Below, piece by piece: positions 11,017 through 22,093 of a stretch of 64,000 nt of DNA. Source of the DNA: a virus. Under the pieces are notes generated by a model that saw nothing but the letters and a program-made list of their open reading frames with translations, was not told the origin of the DNA and ran no database searches. Where the stretch lies: positions 27,362 to 91,361 of the IMG/VR virus record IMGVR_UViG_3300031772_000009. The stretch is one strand, 5' to 3'. A program made the position numbers and the translations under genes. Numbering within the stretch: position 1 is the first letter of the stretch; each line of letters opens with the position of its first letter.

Positions 11017-11643
11017 ATGAGTAAAACTATTATAGTTCTGATTATTCTAGCAATAATTATAGTGGGTTTCATTGGGTGGCAACTGTCTTTGCCTTTCAAC
11101 ACTCAAACATTTCACTACAAGCAGTTATACAACGAGATGAGTAAACCAGAATATCTTCAAAGTCTCAGAGAATTCTGTAAGAATGAACTTGGCGATTCTA
11201 TTGACGGCTTGAACTATTCTCAGCTAGTAACTTGGGAACGCAAATATCTAACGTACACACGAAATGAATTCACCAGACGAGAAATGCCAATTGACATTCT
11301 AAACTCCTACATTACTGATGGAGTGGCTTTCGGTAGGTGTGGAGAGTTTGCTTTGCTCTATACGGGACTGTGCCTTGCTAATAACATTCCAGTTAGATTA
11401 ATATTAGACGAATCAAGTTGGACAAACAAGAGCAAGACTGGCGGTGCTGGAGACCACGTTTGGAATCAGATATATGAGAATGACAGATGGATTACGGTAG
11501 ACCCCACCGAGCAACGGTTCGATGACCCAAAAATGTATGTCCGAGACTGGAATAAGGAAGTCAATAACGTGGTAGCCGTCTGGAAGGATGCTTCTGGAAA
11601 CATGGCTACTGAAGACGTTACGAAAGTCTACTGTGAGAAATAG
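11017..11643 (+). CDS. membrane-anchored transglutaminase-like enzyme, peptide:N-glycanase (Png1/NGLY1)-like
   Basis: N-terminal TM helix; GRCGEF, DHVW, RWITVDPTEQRFDDP..Y...WNK, DVT.VY follow the PNGase core motif order. Confidence 0.75.
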   Translation: MSKTIIVLIILAIIIVGFIGWQLSLPFNTQTFHYKQLYNEMSKPEYLQSLREFCKNELGDSIDGLNYSQLVTWERKYLTYTRNEFTRREMPIDILNSYITDGVAFGRCGEFALLYTGLCLANNIPVRLILDESSWTNKSKTGGAGDHVWNQIYENDRWITVDPTEQRFDDPKMYVRDWNKEVNNVVAVWKDASGNMATEDVTKVYCEK

Positions 11644-11992
11644 TCCATAAAGGTTTATATAGTAGAAACGTTATGGTGAAGATAGGAGTATTATAAAGCG
11701 GTGTTGAGTGGAGTTAAGTCAAGTGGTGTGGAGATAAGTGGAGTAAACTAAAGTAAACCACAGAACCTACCCACCCATTTCCCGAATAAAAATCTGGAAT
11801 GAGGTCTAAAAAATATGAGAGCTATTGAGACGGTAACAATCTTGGACAAATCTACTGGAGAACTTTTTTTAATCAGATGTGGAAGTTGTGGAAATCCGAT
11901 TTACCATATAATTTTCTTTGGATGTTCCGTTGATTATTGCCCAATTTGCCACCGAGCAAAAGGCAAAATTCTACACAATAATTGAACCTTCC

Positions 11993-12170
11993 AAAAAGTC
12001 GCCTATGTGCGACCCCACTTTTTCTTCTATTTTGGAGAGGGGGGCAAGTGCTTACCCCTCTCTTACATTCTTTCAGTGGTTGCACTACTGAACAGCCGTT
12101 CAGTTTTTAGAACGGTCTTCCTTTGCTCAGTACACTATTTAAATGCTCATCGCTATTGAGCATTCCCTTT
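11993..12170. repeat. palindrome-rich non-coding element, copy A
   Basis: AAAAAGTCGCCTATGTGC identical to 18986-19003; hairpins GAGAGGGG/CCCCTCTC, TTCAGT/ACTGAA, AATGCTCA/TGAGCATT. Confidence 0.7.
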
Positions 12171-12237
12171 TCTGGAAACTTAACTGTTTTCTAGCTTTTT
12201 TTCGGTGGAAAGTGGTCACATATCGGCGGGTCAAATT

Positions 12238-12558
12238 TCACTGAGTTCTGAGGCGTTTCTGATATGGATTACTTGTTATATTGTGGCTTTCACCATGGTA
12301 AACAGAGACCACCATAACGCCTTTCTCATATGACTCACACCACACTACGGTTAGACCATTCCAGAAACTAGAATGATGTGGTTTCTTATTCCATGCCCTA
12401 GACTTGTCATTCTGATTAGAACGGTCAAATTTGGCAATTCCGTTCAGCAAGACCTCTTTCACTTCTTGTTCCGTGATGTTCTCCAGAGCCATCTTCTGTT
12501 TTGCATGTTGACTATAATACAAGCCATTTTCTACTAAAGTTTCCAATTGCATAACCAT
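12238..12558 (-). CDS. DUF4258 / RelE-BrnT-like putative RNase
   Basis: YSQHAKQKM..ENIT..EV..VL..G...VVSVY; own TATA on minus strand (~12575). Confidence 0.65.
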   Translation of the reverse strand: MVMQLETLVENGLYYSQHAKQKMALENITEQEVKEVLLNGIAKFDRSNQNDKSRAWNKKPHHSSFWNGLTVVWCESYEKGVMVVSVYHGESHNITSNPYQKRLRTQ

Positions 12559-12675
12559 ATCTACACGGTTCGACTATATAAACTTGGCATGGAGTTACAG
12601 ACACGTTTCAGAATTTCGGAATAAAACCATTAAAGCTTAAATAGTGGAAGCATAAGGATATATAAGTGATGTAAG

Positions 12676-12945
12676 ATGAGATTCAAATTTTACTTTCCTA
12701 GAATAACAGAATGTATTGTTGACGGATTAAAGATTAGAAGGCGTGTTTCACATGATATTTTTGTGAGATGTGACGGAATATTCGACATGGACAGTAAAGG
12801 AAGAGTAATATTCGTTTTTGGCAAAAGTCACACTTTCAAAAGCGTCATTGACACGATAAACCATGAAAGCCTACATTGGGTTCTGGACAAGATTGAGGGA
12901 TATGACGTTTCTCAAGCATTTGATAAGATAATTGGTTTTGAATAA
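12676..12945 (+). CDS. small HExxH family protein (paralog 1)
   Basis: NHESLHWVLDKIEGYDVSQAFDK. Confidence 0.6.
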   Translation: MRFKFYFPRITECIVDGLKIRRRVSHDIFVRCDGIFDMDSKGRVIFVFGKSHTFKSVIDTINHESLHWVLDKIEGYDVSQAFDKIIGFE

Positions 12946-12947
12946 AA

Positions 12948-13376
12948 ATGACAACAGAACAACGAAAAGAACAAATGAGAAAATATAATCGAGTATATCA
13001 TCAAGAACATAAAGAACAACTTAAAGAATACCGTAAACAATGGTATAAAAACCATCCAGAATACTTTAGAGAATATAACAAGAAATGGCATAAAGAACAT
13101 CCAGAACAATCTAAAGAATCTAAAAGAAAATATATTCGTAAACTTCACGATAGAGTTATTGATTTTCTTGGTGGAAAGTGTGTAAGTTGTGGAATAACCG
13201 ATAAACGAGTATTACAAGTAAACCATATCAATAATGATGGAACAGAGGAAATCAAAAAGATTGGTACAAGACCATTTTATTTTGCTATTCTCCAGAATAA
13301 AAGACCGATTAATGATTTAGATGTTAGATGTGCCAATTGTAATATTCTCTATAGATGGAAAGATAAGAAAAGATAA
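12948..13376 (+). CDS. HNH endonuclease
   Basis: LGGKCVSCG...LQVNH...CANCN. Confidence 0.85.
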   Translation: MTTEQRKEQMRKYNRVYHQEHKEQLKEYRKQWYKNHPEYFREYNKKWHKEHPEQSKESKRKYIRKLHDRVIDFLGGKCVSCGITDKRVLQVNHINNDGTEEIKKIGTRPFYFAILQNKRPINDLDVRCANCNILYRWKDKKR

Positions 13377-13383
13377 TTAAGGA

Positions 13384-13698
13384 ATGATAAAAATGAGTAA
13401 GGATAAGGAGATATTCGGTTTAACCATAGCGTCTTTTCAATGTAATGCATTACAATATGATGAGAAAACCAGAACAATTCGTTTGCCTAACTTGTCATGG
13501 GTTAAACGTAAATTTGGATATTTACCAAAAGAAAGTGAACTTGCGGGTATAAAACATCTTTGTCAATCTTTCACGCATGAATTCCTACATTTTTGGCTAC
13601 ATGAAAACATAGGTTATGGAGCCATGTATGAATGGGATAATATAGACAAAAACAGAGAAAACACGGAATATTTAATATCCTCTATAGGAAGTCTCTAA
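13384..13698 (+). CDS. small HExxH family protein (paralog 2)
   Basis: THEFLHFWLHENIGYGAMYEWDN. Confidence 0.55.
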   Translation: MIKMSKDKEIFGLTIASFQCNALQYDEKTRTIRLPNLSWVKRKFGYLPKESELAGIKHLCQSFTHEFLHFWLHENIGYGAMYEWDNIDKNRENTEYLISSIGSL

Positions 13699-14032
13699 AT
13701 GAGTAATTTCATAGATTCATGGTATATCGTAAAACGAATACAAGATAGAGGCAAAATCTTCAATGTGTTTCACAGAAGATTCTTTCACAGATTAATCTGT
13801 CCATATCTGGAAATCACACTGTATAGGTTGTGGAAAAATGGCTCTAAAGTGTTGTGACAAATGCGGAAAACAAGTTTCTACGGATAAAATACGTCTGTAT
13901 CGGAATATAGAAGGGAAAAGAATGTCCATATCGTGGATTTGCGAAAGTTGCTGGAGAAAAGAAGAAAAGAATCGGAAAAACACCATAAAACTTTAAATAG
14001 GTCGAAATGGTGAATAGGGTAAGGTCGAAAAA

Positions 14033-17000
14033 ATGTCAAGAATCTTTAAAGTGAATGAAAACATAGAAATTGTCTGTGACTCTGTAGGCACAAGATACGG
14101 TTTTAGGCATGATGCAAGACTGTTCGTTAACGGATATGAGAAAGAAAAAGCGAAATGTTGTTACTATAATCGGACATGGGAAAGATTTGCATTTGAATCT
14201 GTCGTACTAAAACTGTTAGAACAAACAGAGCTTTTGACTGAATCTGAAAAAGAACAGTTTAAATCTACTCTTAGAGGTTGAAAAACATGAAGATACAAGA
14301 ACTGAAAGAAAAACTGAAGTCTGAAATAAAACCGTCTGATTCATGGTTACAGAATCAATTTCCAGCTAATCCAAACGAAAGATATTCGAAACTAACATAT
14401 AACAACTTCCAGAACATAGAAGACTGTTTCGGTAAAGAAGCAAGTAATGAACTAAAAGCTTTTCTTGCTAAAAATCCTACGAAAGCGGTAGTTGTGGCTG
14501 AACTCACAAAGAAGGGAAATGTAAAAAAGAGACCGAGACTATTTACAGATTTGGGTTCTGGTTATTGTCATTGGGCAACATACTACGGACAATATGAACT
14601 ATTTGCTTGTGCTACGCATATGGAAGGATTCATAGAAGTTTTCCAGAACATGGGAGAGAACTAAAATGTCTGTAAAAAATGACATAGTTGAAAAGATAAT
14701 GCGGTATGAAGATGGAAGAATGTCGAAAGAAGAAGTTCTGGAATTCTTTGCGGAATTAATAAAAGACGGAACATGTTGGCATTTACAGGGGTCCTATGGT
14801 CGTACTGCAAGAGATTTCATAGAGTCTGGATTTGTTGACTCAAACGGAAATATCTTACGTAGATATGGAGAGGAAGAGGGTTAACATGCCACCAATAAAA
14901 AACCTAATCATTGAGACATTGAAAGTAAAACTAACAGATGCACAGATAGAGGAAATAGAAGAGTCTGTTAGACAAGATATTTTTCACAGTACGTTAGATT
15001 GGCAAACTAGAAGCCAACTGAAAAGAGGAATTAGAGAAGCTTATCAGCTTCTCAAAAAATGTGGAAGTTTTCCAGAACATAAAGAACTTTCGGAAAATAC
15101 TCATGAAGACTTAAATACTAGAAAACGAGATAAGAGGTAAGGTTGAAAAACATGCGAATAAGCAATATTAAACCACAAGATAAGACCGCTCATTTAGAAC
15201 AAGAAATTGAGAGAGTTTTCCGAGACGTAATGAATGTCCAAATAAGTCGCATTGGTTCACAGCTTAGTCTCCAATTCAGACTTTTAGAACTTAAGCCAAA
15301 CAGAAGTCAATACGACTTATCAGAGAATTGGTATGTCGTTGAAAGAAGAGGGATATTCTATCCAAACAGTACACAGAAAAGACTAATCGCTAAGAATATT
15401 GCTCTAGGATGTGAAAATCCAATTAATAGAGCTAAGTTTCTGCAAGAAGAGGATTGGATTCTGGTAAACAAGACTCTGAATCGGATTTGTGACAAACTAG
15501 GAATATCTGCAACTATAAGAAGTTCTCTAATCAAAATCCGAGACGGAAAACAGAACGTGTGGCTCTCAAACTATCTGGAGTTGCTGAAAGACATAGTAGA
15601 AGTGAAAGGTGAAGACTACACCTACAGTAAAGCACTTAGGAAGACTATAGACGAATCTAAGATAGAAGACAAATACAAATTTGAAAGCGTCTTCTTGACT
15701 GAACCGTTTGAGGTTGACGAAAACACACGGATAACACAGAAGATATTCACAGACTATGACGAATTGGATGCTTTAGCGAAAACTCATGGTTACATTGATA
15801 AAGGCAATACATCCGAATATTGTGGATGGATAGCCACTATGGGAGACGAATTCCATAATCCGATAAGTATGCTTAGAGAGGCTATGCAGAAACTTAGAGA
15901 CACACAAAAGAAACATGGAGACGCAATAATGGGTTTCTGTCAAACGGGAAACTTCAGCATTGGCTATACGGTCTACACTAAGACACAAAAATCCGAAATT
16001 GAACTTACGACAAAACGTGTGCAAAGAGCTTATGAACTAGAAAAAGCTGGAGAAAAAGAGGAATTCCATTATCGTAATTCTCAGCCAGAAGTGGAGAAAT
16101 AAACATGCATCATACTATAGATAGAATAAGCGGAAAACCAGAAGACTATGTTATCTGTCAAGTATGCGGTTCATGGAATTGGTATGAAAACGAAAATTGT
16201 GTAAACTGTGATGTTCATTTAGATGGGAAATGTAGAAAAGCTACAGAGGAAGACGCTAAAAAGCTTGAGAGAACCTTTGACAAATATGATGTGAATGAAA
16301 GTATCGAATTGGATGTGTGAATATGCAGAAAGAACCTAGTAAGCTGGAATGCTTAGAAGCATATATAGAATACAACAAAAACAACTATTCAGCCTACACT
16401 AAAGTAGAAACAGCCAAGATTCTGATTGAGAGAGAACGGATAGCCATAAGAAAAGAAACAATGCTTAGACCTTCACATGAAGTTGTCTTAGAGGTTCACT
16501 TACCAGAAAAGGTTGACACTCCTAGAAAACTTAGAAATTATTTCCTAAAGCATTTCGGAATAGACATAGGAATAGAGGAAGACAATGAAGACAGTTACGA
16601 GAAACTGTTTTACAATGCAGACTTAAGAAGCTGGATGGGAGACGTTTGGGATTTATACGAGAATCCAATACGGATATGCTTCTTACCGAAATACTTCCTA
16701 GACTACAGAGACTATAAGGAATTTGAGGAAATAGACCTTAGTGGAAGCTACAGTAAAACATGGAGACAGATAGTTAGACAGAGTGACATACTAGACACGA
16801 CTTCCGAGAAAATAGTGAGTGAGGCTCTAGGAAAACCAATTAGGAAGTGATTGAAATGGCAAAAAACATGACTGATAAAGACCTTAAGAAACGGTATTTA
16901 GACCTTTACAGCCAAATCTATCAAGTCAAATGCTTTAGTGCAAAAGACGTTACAGAACTAAACGACATTGAAACCGAATTGATAGAAAGAGGTTACGACA

Positions 17001-18211
17001 TAACTGAAAACACAAAAATCGTGAAATGGAAAAACAATAAATAGGAGATGAGAAAATGGTAACTCTGATTAGGAGATATTCGACAAAGGACGGACACTTA
17101 CTTAAGAGACCAACAAAAACGTCTCTGTTCCGCTTTTTACACGACAACCAGATAGCTGATTCGCCTAGACTGAAGACACCAAAAACAAAAGACGAAAATT
17201 TTCCATGTGACGAATGCACAGAACCTTTACCGTGTGACGCTGAAAACTTAGAACAATGCAAAAAGAAAAGAGGCGTAGAAGAGGAATAAAAATGAAGTGT
17301 AGAGCTTGTGGAGTAAGAATTATCATTTTTTCAGATGGTTGGACTCCACATGTGTTAGAGATTCCTAGTTATGGTTATACTGAATATCACAGATGTAAAG
17401 CTCTAGGCATTAATGCGAAAATGCTTCCCAAATCAGTCTGCAAACAATTCGGAATAGAACCAGAGGAATAGAAACATGAGCATGAAAATAGAACATGATA
17501 GAAATGGTGACTACTCAATCAAACTTGCTGGAATGCGAAAACGGTTTACAGCTAAAACCACTGAAGAATTAACGCTTGCCATAGAACATTATTTTGGCAA
17601 AACTGCACATTTCACTAGAGAAAACAATTGGAAGGGTTTAACAGACTGTCCACTATGCAGAAAATATGAGGAATAGAAAAATGGAAGATTTGTTACCAAA
17701 TCAAGAAGAAAAATGTCCTAGATGTCATGGAGTTAGTTATTGGTTTGCAACTTCAGAAACCGATGAGCCTATTTATTTCTGTAATCGCTGTAAACGTCAA
17801 TTTAAGATTGATAGAAAACAACAAATGAGGCTGAGTAAATGAAAGCTGAAAAAATGAAAATGAAGACTGAAACATTGAAATATGGAACGTGTCAACATTG
17901 TAACCGTCTAGTCGAATCAACAAGAAATGCCATAATTGTATGTCTCCAAGAAGGTGATAGAAATGAAGTTTAAAAACTTGATGGGGATATTCGGGTTACT
18001 GTTTGCTCTATGGGGTTTCTTGTGGATAGTCTTAATGCCTAATTACACATATTCTTTCGTTGAATATACCACGCTTAGAGATGAGACCGTAACAACAATC
18101 GTAAGAAGTCTCAACATGCCATACGCTTTTGCATTGATAGTCATTGGCGTTCTTTTCGCCATTGTTGGGCTGTTCATTCCAGAAAACATTGTAATAGCCT
18201 CAGAAGACTAA
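14033..18211 (+). CDS. early-type operon(s) of ~14 short hypothetical ORFs
   Basis: Promoters at ~13982 and ~15101; tightly packed ORFs ending in a 2-TM protein and a T-rich terminator at ~18215-18230. Confidence 0.6.
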
Positions 18212-18278
18212 TCTTCCTCTTTTTCTTTTCGTAATTTCTCCATAAAAGCTTATATACTTGATTGTGTACTGTATTATT

Positions 18279-18420
18279 GCACACAAGTTAGAGAAAGGCT
18301 GTACCAGAAAGAAGGACTGTACCAGAAAACCTTTCTCCCATAGCATAAAACTCTATTGTGTGTGAGTGGCTATGGACTAAAGATTCGGTTTGGGGAGACC
18401 GTTAATACTCCCCTCTCTTT
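18279..18420 (+). ncRNA. putative structured small RNA with pseudoknot
   Basis: TATA 18250-56; helices GAGAAAGG/CCTTTCTC, GCACACAA/TTGTGTGT, CCATAGC/GCTATGG, GGGGAG/CTCCCC; pyrimidine tail; no credible ORF. Confidence 0.55.
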
Positions 18421-18589
18421 CTCATATTGACCTAATTCTTTCTCATGTCGTTCCCTATATCTTTTATTCGCTTGTTTTCTTCTTTCTTTGAAATTTCCTT
18501 CATAGATTGTTTTTCTCTCGTAAATTCCTTTCGGCATTGTGTTTACACCATAAAGACTTATATAGGAGTATGCTATAGTATTCTATTAA

Positions 18590-18790
18590 GAGTACGTCTG
18601 GATAGGAACGTAAGCCGAATCCAGCAAAGACACCACTACCATACTAAGAAGCCAAACAATAGGCAAACAGCGACAATTAATAATTTAAAAGGATATTTGA
18701 TATTTGCAGAGAAAGAGGGGAAAGATGCTCTCAATGTCATGCATATCTCTAAATAAGTCTCCCACCTAGAAAGAGCAACATTACTTTTTA
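18590..18790 (+). ncRNA. putative small RNA
   Basis: Consensus promoter CCATAAAGACTTATATAG at 18548-18565 with no downstream start; CTGGAT/ATCCAG stem. Confidence 0.4.
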
Positions 18791-18985
18791 TAAGGCTCAA
18801 AAAAAACTAACTTTCCTCTAGGATTACCCTTATCAAAGTTTCTGGAATCCTTACTAAACTCTGAAAAAAATGTTAAGAAAATCAACTAAAAACATAATGG
18901 AAAAACCGTTTCATAAAATTGAAATACTTATAAGCCAATTCAATCCTATGAAAAGCTGTTTCAGAAACCAAAATTGGAAACCCAA

Positions 18986-19062
18986 AAAAAGTCGCCTATG
19001 TGCAACCTCTCCCCTCTCTAGTTTAACTTTCAGTTTAACTTTGGCTGGTTAAACTGAATAGA
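18986..19062. repeat. palindrome-rich non-coding element, copy B
   Basis: Same 18-mer, CCCCTCTCT and CTTTCAGT..ACTGAA blocks as copy A; 11-bp hairpin TTCAGTTTAAC/GTTAAACTGAA. Confidence 0.7.
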
Positions 19063-19101
19063 GACATATGACAGTTTAACCGTTGAATGTCATGATTTGG
19101 T

Positions 19102-19446
19102 TTAACTCAGATTTTCTACAATTCCATGAATTTTTATCGTTGTTCCCATTGTACTAAATTCGATTATATTATTCGGTTTTTTATTTTGGTGTTTTCGTGA
19201 TGCTTTTATGAAAAGAACCTTTTTAAAGTCTGATTTTCGATATTTGGGCTTTTTCTGGAGTCGTTCATTATGGAAGGAACATTCAACGGAAATAACCTCT
19301 TTTCGCTTAAAGTCAACGATTATGAGGTCTGGAATCGGTCTAACCTCAAATATCTGCATGTCTTCTGAATGTCCTAGTTTAAAGATTCTTTTTGTCTTTT
19401 CGATTAATTTCTGATGTTCTCTTATTTTCTTTTGGAATATAGACAC
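19102..19446 (-). CDS. PD-(D/E)XK-like nuclease
   Basis: IPDLIIVD....ISVEC. Confidence 0.55.
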   Translation of the reverse strand: MSIFQKKIREHQKLIEKTKRIFKLGHSEDMQIFEVRPIPDLIIVDFKRKEVISVECSFHNERLQKKPKYRKSDFKKVLFIKASRKHQNKKPNNIIEFSTMGTTIKIHGIVENLS

Positions 19447-19898
19447 TTTTCTATCATCTCCCTATTTCTCGTTAAGTTTTCTAGCGTAGACCTAGACAGC
19501 AACAGAGACCGAAAGCCTAGTTTCTAGGTCTTCCATATTCAGAAACAATGATAGAAACATGACTACTTAAAGGCTTATGGTCTTTTTCCGAAAGCCTTTT
19601 CCATGACTATATAAGAATCCATGACTATAGGTTTAACTCTCTCTTGCCCGCCAAATTCTCCATGATTATTTAAAGCATAGAGAATTTTAGGTTTAACTTT
19701 AGATAATAATGAAAAATGTAACATATCATGTTTACCATGCTTTTAACATTCACGACATGATATGTATGCTTAAGTAGTGGTTTTCCCATGTACCCATAAG
19801 GAAAAAAAAACTACCATGACAACGAGAAAAGAAAAGAATGCGATAACGCTTAACCGTCTCTTGTGCGGTTTAAGGTTATGAATGCGGTCTTTTCTTGT

Positions 19899-19923
19899 TA
19901 GAGCTTTCGGAAATGCCTTAACA
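19899..19923 (+). repeat. left arm of 25-bp inverted repeat (partner 25934-25958)
   Basis: TAGAGCTTTCGGAAATGCCTTAACA vs reverse complement TAGAACTTTCGGAAATGCCTTAACA, 24/25 identical. Confidence 0.9.
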
Positions 19924-20024
19924 AAAGCATACACAGATAAGACATAAGTTTCAATCCTTTTTTTGTTTGATAGAGTTAGAGCAGAAACTCTAACTCCAAA
20001 TTAATAAAAAAGAAGGTATGAAAA

Positions 20025-20378
20025 ATGAAGGTGTTATTTGGTAACTCAGCTAATAGAAAAGAAGACTATTCAGCTATAGAGATAAGAGACTGTGAAGCAT
20101 ACGGAAAATTTGAACCGTTAACACAGTCAATCATTCTTAATTTGCCAAAAGATATGATAGAGAATGAGACCGTAAAAGCCTATAGTAACGAAAGAAAAAC
20201 TTTAGAGTTTTACGACATGTTAACCTTAACGCTAGAGCTATTAGACCATGAGACGCTACATAAGATAATAGCTGATATAGAAGGAATTTTAACCTCAGCA
20301 AAATTGGATAACACAAACATAGAAGAACTAGAAGATAACCTCTTTAATAATGAACCCTTAAGAGGTAATGAAGAATGA
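20025..20378 (+). CDS. small HExxH family protein (paralog 3)
   Basis: DHETLHKIIADIEGILTSAKLDN. Confidence 0.6.
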   Translation: MKVLFGNSANRKEDYSAIEIRDCEAYGKFEPLTQSIILNLPKDMIENETVKAYSNERKTLEFYDMLTLTLELLDHETLHKIIADIEGILTSAKLDNTNIEELEDNLFNNEPLRGNEE

Positions 20379-20981
20379 ACAATGAGAATCTTAAAGCCTA
20401 TTACGAATTACAAGAACGTCTTAAGCAATACGAAAAAGAAGACAGAGAAAAGAAAAGGCTAAAGGCAAAAACCTTAAGGCTATTGCGAAAGAAACGAAAG
20501 CTGGAGAGACAGCTAAAAGCAACAGAAAAGGAATATGTAGACTTGCTTTATAACGATAAGGTCTTTTCCTATTTCGAAAGACGTAGATTCTTAGAGAAAC
20601 ATAATAAAGAAGGTGATTGAATGCCAACATGTGAAATATGCGGAAAAGAAACAAGTAGCGTTAAGCTCTCCAGAATTAGCCTAACGACTTATGGCAATAC
20701 CTCACAAGTCGAAAGGTTAATGTGTAAGTCATGCAGAGACCTAGAGAAAAAGGGTTTACTCTAAAGAGGTTTTGAGAATGTCGAAATATGACTTAGAAAA
20801 GCCTAAACGCTACAGAGTAAAAGCGAAACATGGAATAAACACAGAAAAGAGTAACTCAGTAAACTTAAGCCATATGAAACTAAAAGAAATATACGCTCTG
20901 TTTCACTATAAAAATCTTGTCCGTTCTACAGTGAAATAAAACGGAAAAGACTTTTAACTGTCAAACATATAATAGTCTATC

Positions 20982-21368
20982 ATGTTTGACAGAAAAACCT
21001 ATCAGAGAAAATGGAGACAAGAACATCCAAAACAAAAGAGAGAATATGATAGAAAATACCGTGAAAGACATATAGGACTATATCAAAAACATAAAGAGAA
21101 AATCAAATTCGAAAGGCAAAATATGAGACGTAAAGTTTTTGAACATTTAGGAAATAAATGTGTTTCTTGTGGTGAATCTGATTTTAGATGTCTACAGATA
21201 GACCACGTTCACGGACACGGAGTTAAAGAGATTAGAAAACTATGCGGAAACAGTAAAGCCTATTACGACAAAATTCTTAACGATACTAACGGAAACTATC
21301 AATTGCTCTGTGCAAATTGTAATTGGAAAAAACGATACGATAATAAGGAATATTCGAAATATCCTTAA
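20982..21368 (+). CDS. HNH endonuclease
   Basis: LGNKCVSCG..D.RCLQIDH...LCANCN. Confidence 0.85.
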   Translation: MFDRKTYQRKWRQEHPKQKREYDRKYRERHIGLYQKHKEKIKFERQNMRRKVFEHLGNKCVSCGESDFRCLQIDHVHGHGVKEIRKLCGNSKAYYDKILNDTNGNYQLLCANCNWKKRYDNKEYSKYP

Positions 21369-21452
21369 AAATCTACAATTCTAATTTTTCTTAGAATTGA
21401 ACAAGTTTTATTCTTCTTAGAACGGAAAAAGTAAAAAAAGAAGTGTTGAAAA

Positions 21453-21689
21453 ATGAACAGAAAAATAATAGTGTTGGGTTTAACAATATGCGTTATTGGC
21501 ATTCTGCTTTATAACGCATATGAAACCATAACGATAAGGCGGAGAGGTGGAAATAATCCAGATGGAACAACTTACCATTATTCAACATATGAGACAGTAT
21601 ATCCATATCGTTACAATAGCTTAATAGTTGTTCTTTTGGGTATTGTAACTTTCCTTATCGGTTTGGCAATTCCTAAAAGGAAAGTGTGA
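21453..21689 (+). CDS. small two-TM membrane protein (resembles 17936-18211)
   Basis: Two hydrophobic helices, PY....LI..G...G L.IP. Confidence 0.55.
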   Translation: MNRKIIVLGLTICVIGILLYNAYETITIRRRGGNNPDGTTYHYSTYETVYPYRYNSLIVVLLGIVTFLIGLAIPKRKV

Positions 21690-22093
21690 AAAATGGATAA
21701 TCAAGATTTAGGTAAACTGTACCTAATAGCCTTACTGAAACGTGAAGGAAAAACAGAAATAGAAATAAGCAAAATCTTAAAGGATGTGTGAATATGGAAG
21801 ATAAAGACCTTAGACAAGAACATGAAGCTTATCTTAAAGTTATGGAAGGATACAGAAATTTTGACAAGACCGTTAAATGTTTACACAGAAAAGCTAAGAC
21901 TCAAACAGCGTTTAAACAGCTAGAAGACAGTAACTTAGAAATAGCTGAAGTGATGTGCTTAGAGTGTCAACAGTTTATAGGTTTTGTCTACAGAAAAATA
22001 AAGACTGTACGACAAGAAAAGATAATTGCTAAGTTTCTAGTTTACGCTGTAGACAAGAACGAATATACAACAGAAAAACGGAGAGTCTAAAGA

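Noticed and set aside
15083-15096. AGAACTTTCGGAAA as a third copy of the panhandle arm
   Set aside because: It is only 14 nt and is better explained by the TTCGGAA promoter-upstream motif.
18299-18328. CTGTACCAGAAA x2 as mini-CRISPR or TIGR array
   Set aside because: Only two 12-nt copies 6 nt apart, with no spacer-sized unique sequence and no effector nearby. No CRISPR array was seen anywhere in the window.
18445-19052. Track ORFs 18445-18756 and 18870-19052
   Set aside because: The first spans a promoter and the second spans the repeated element. Both lack an SD and have atypical composition, so they are probably non-coding.
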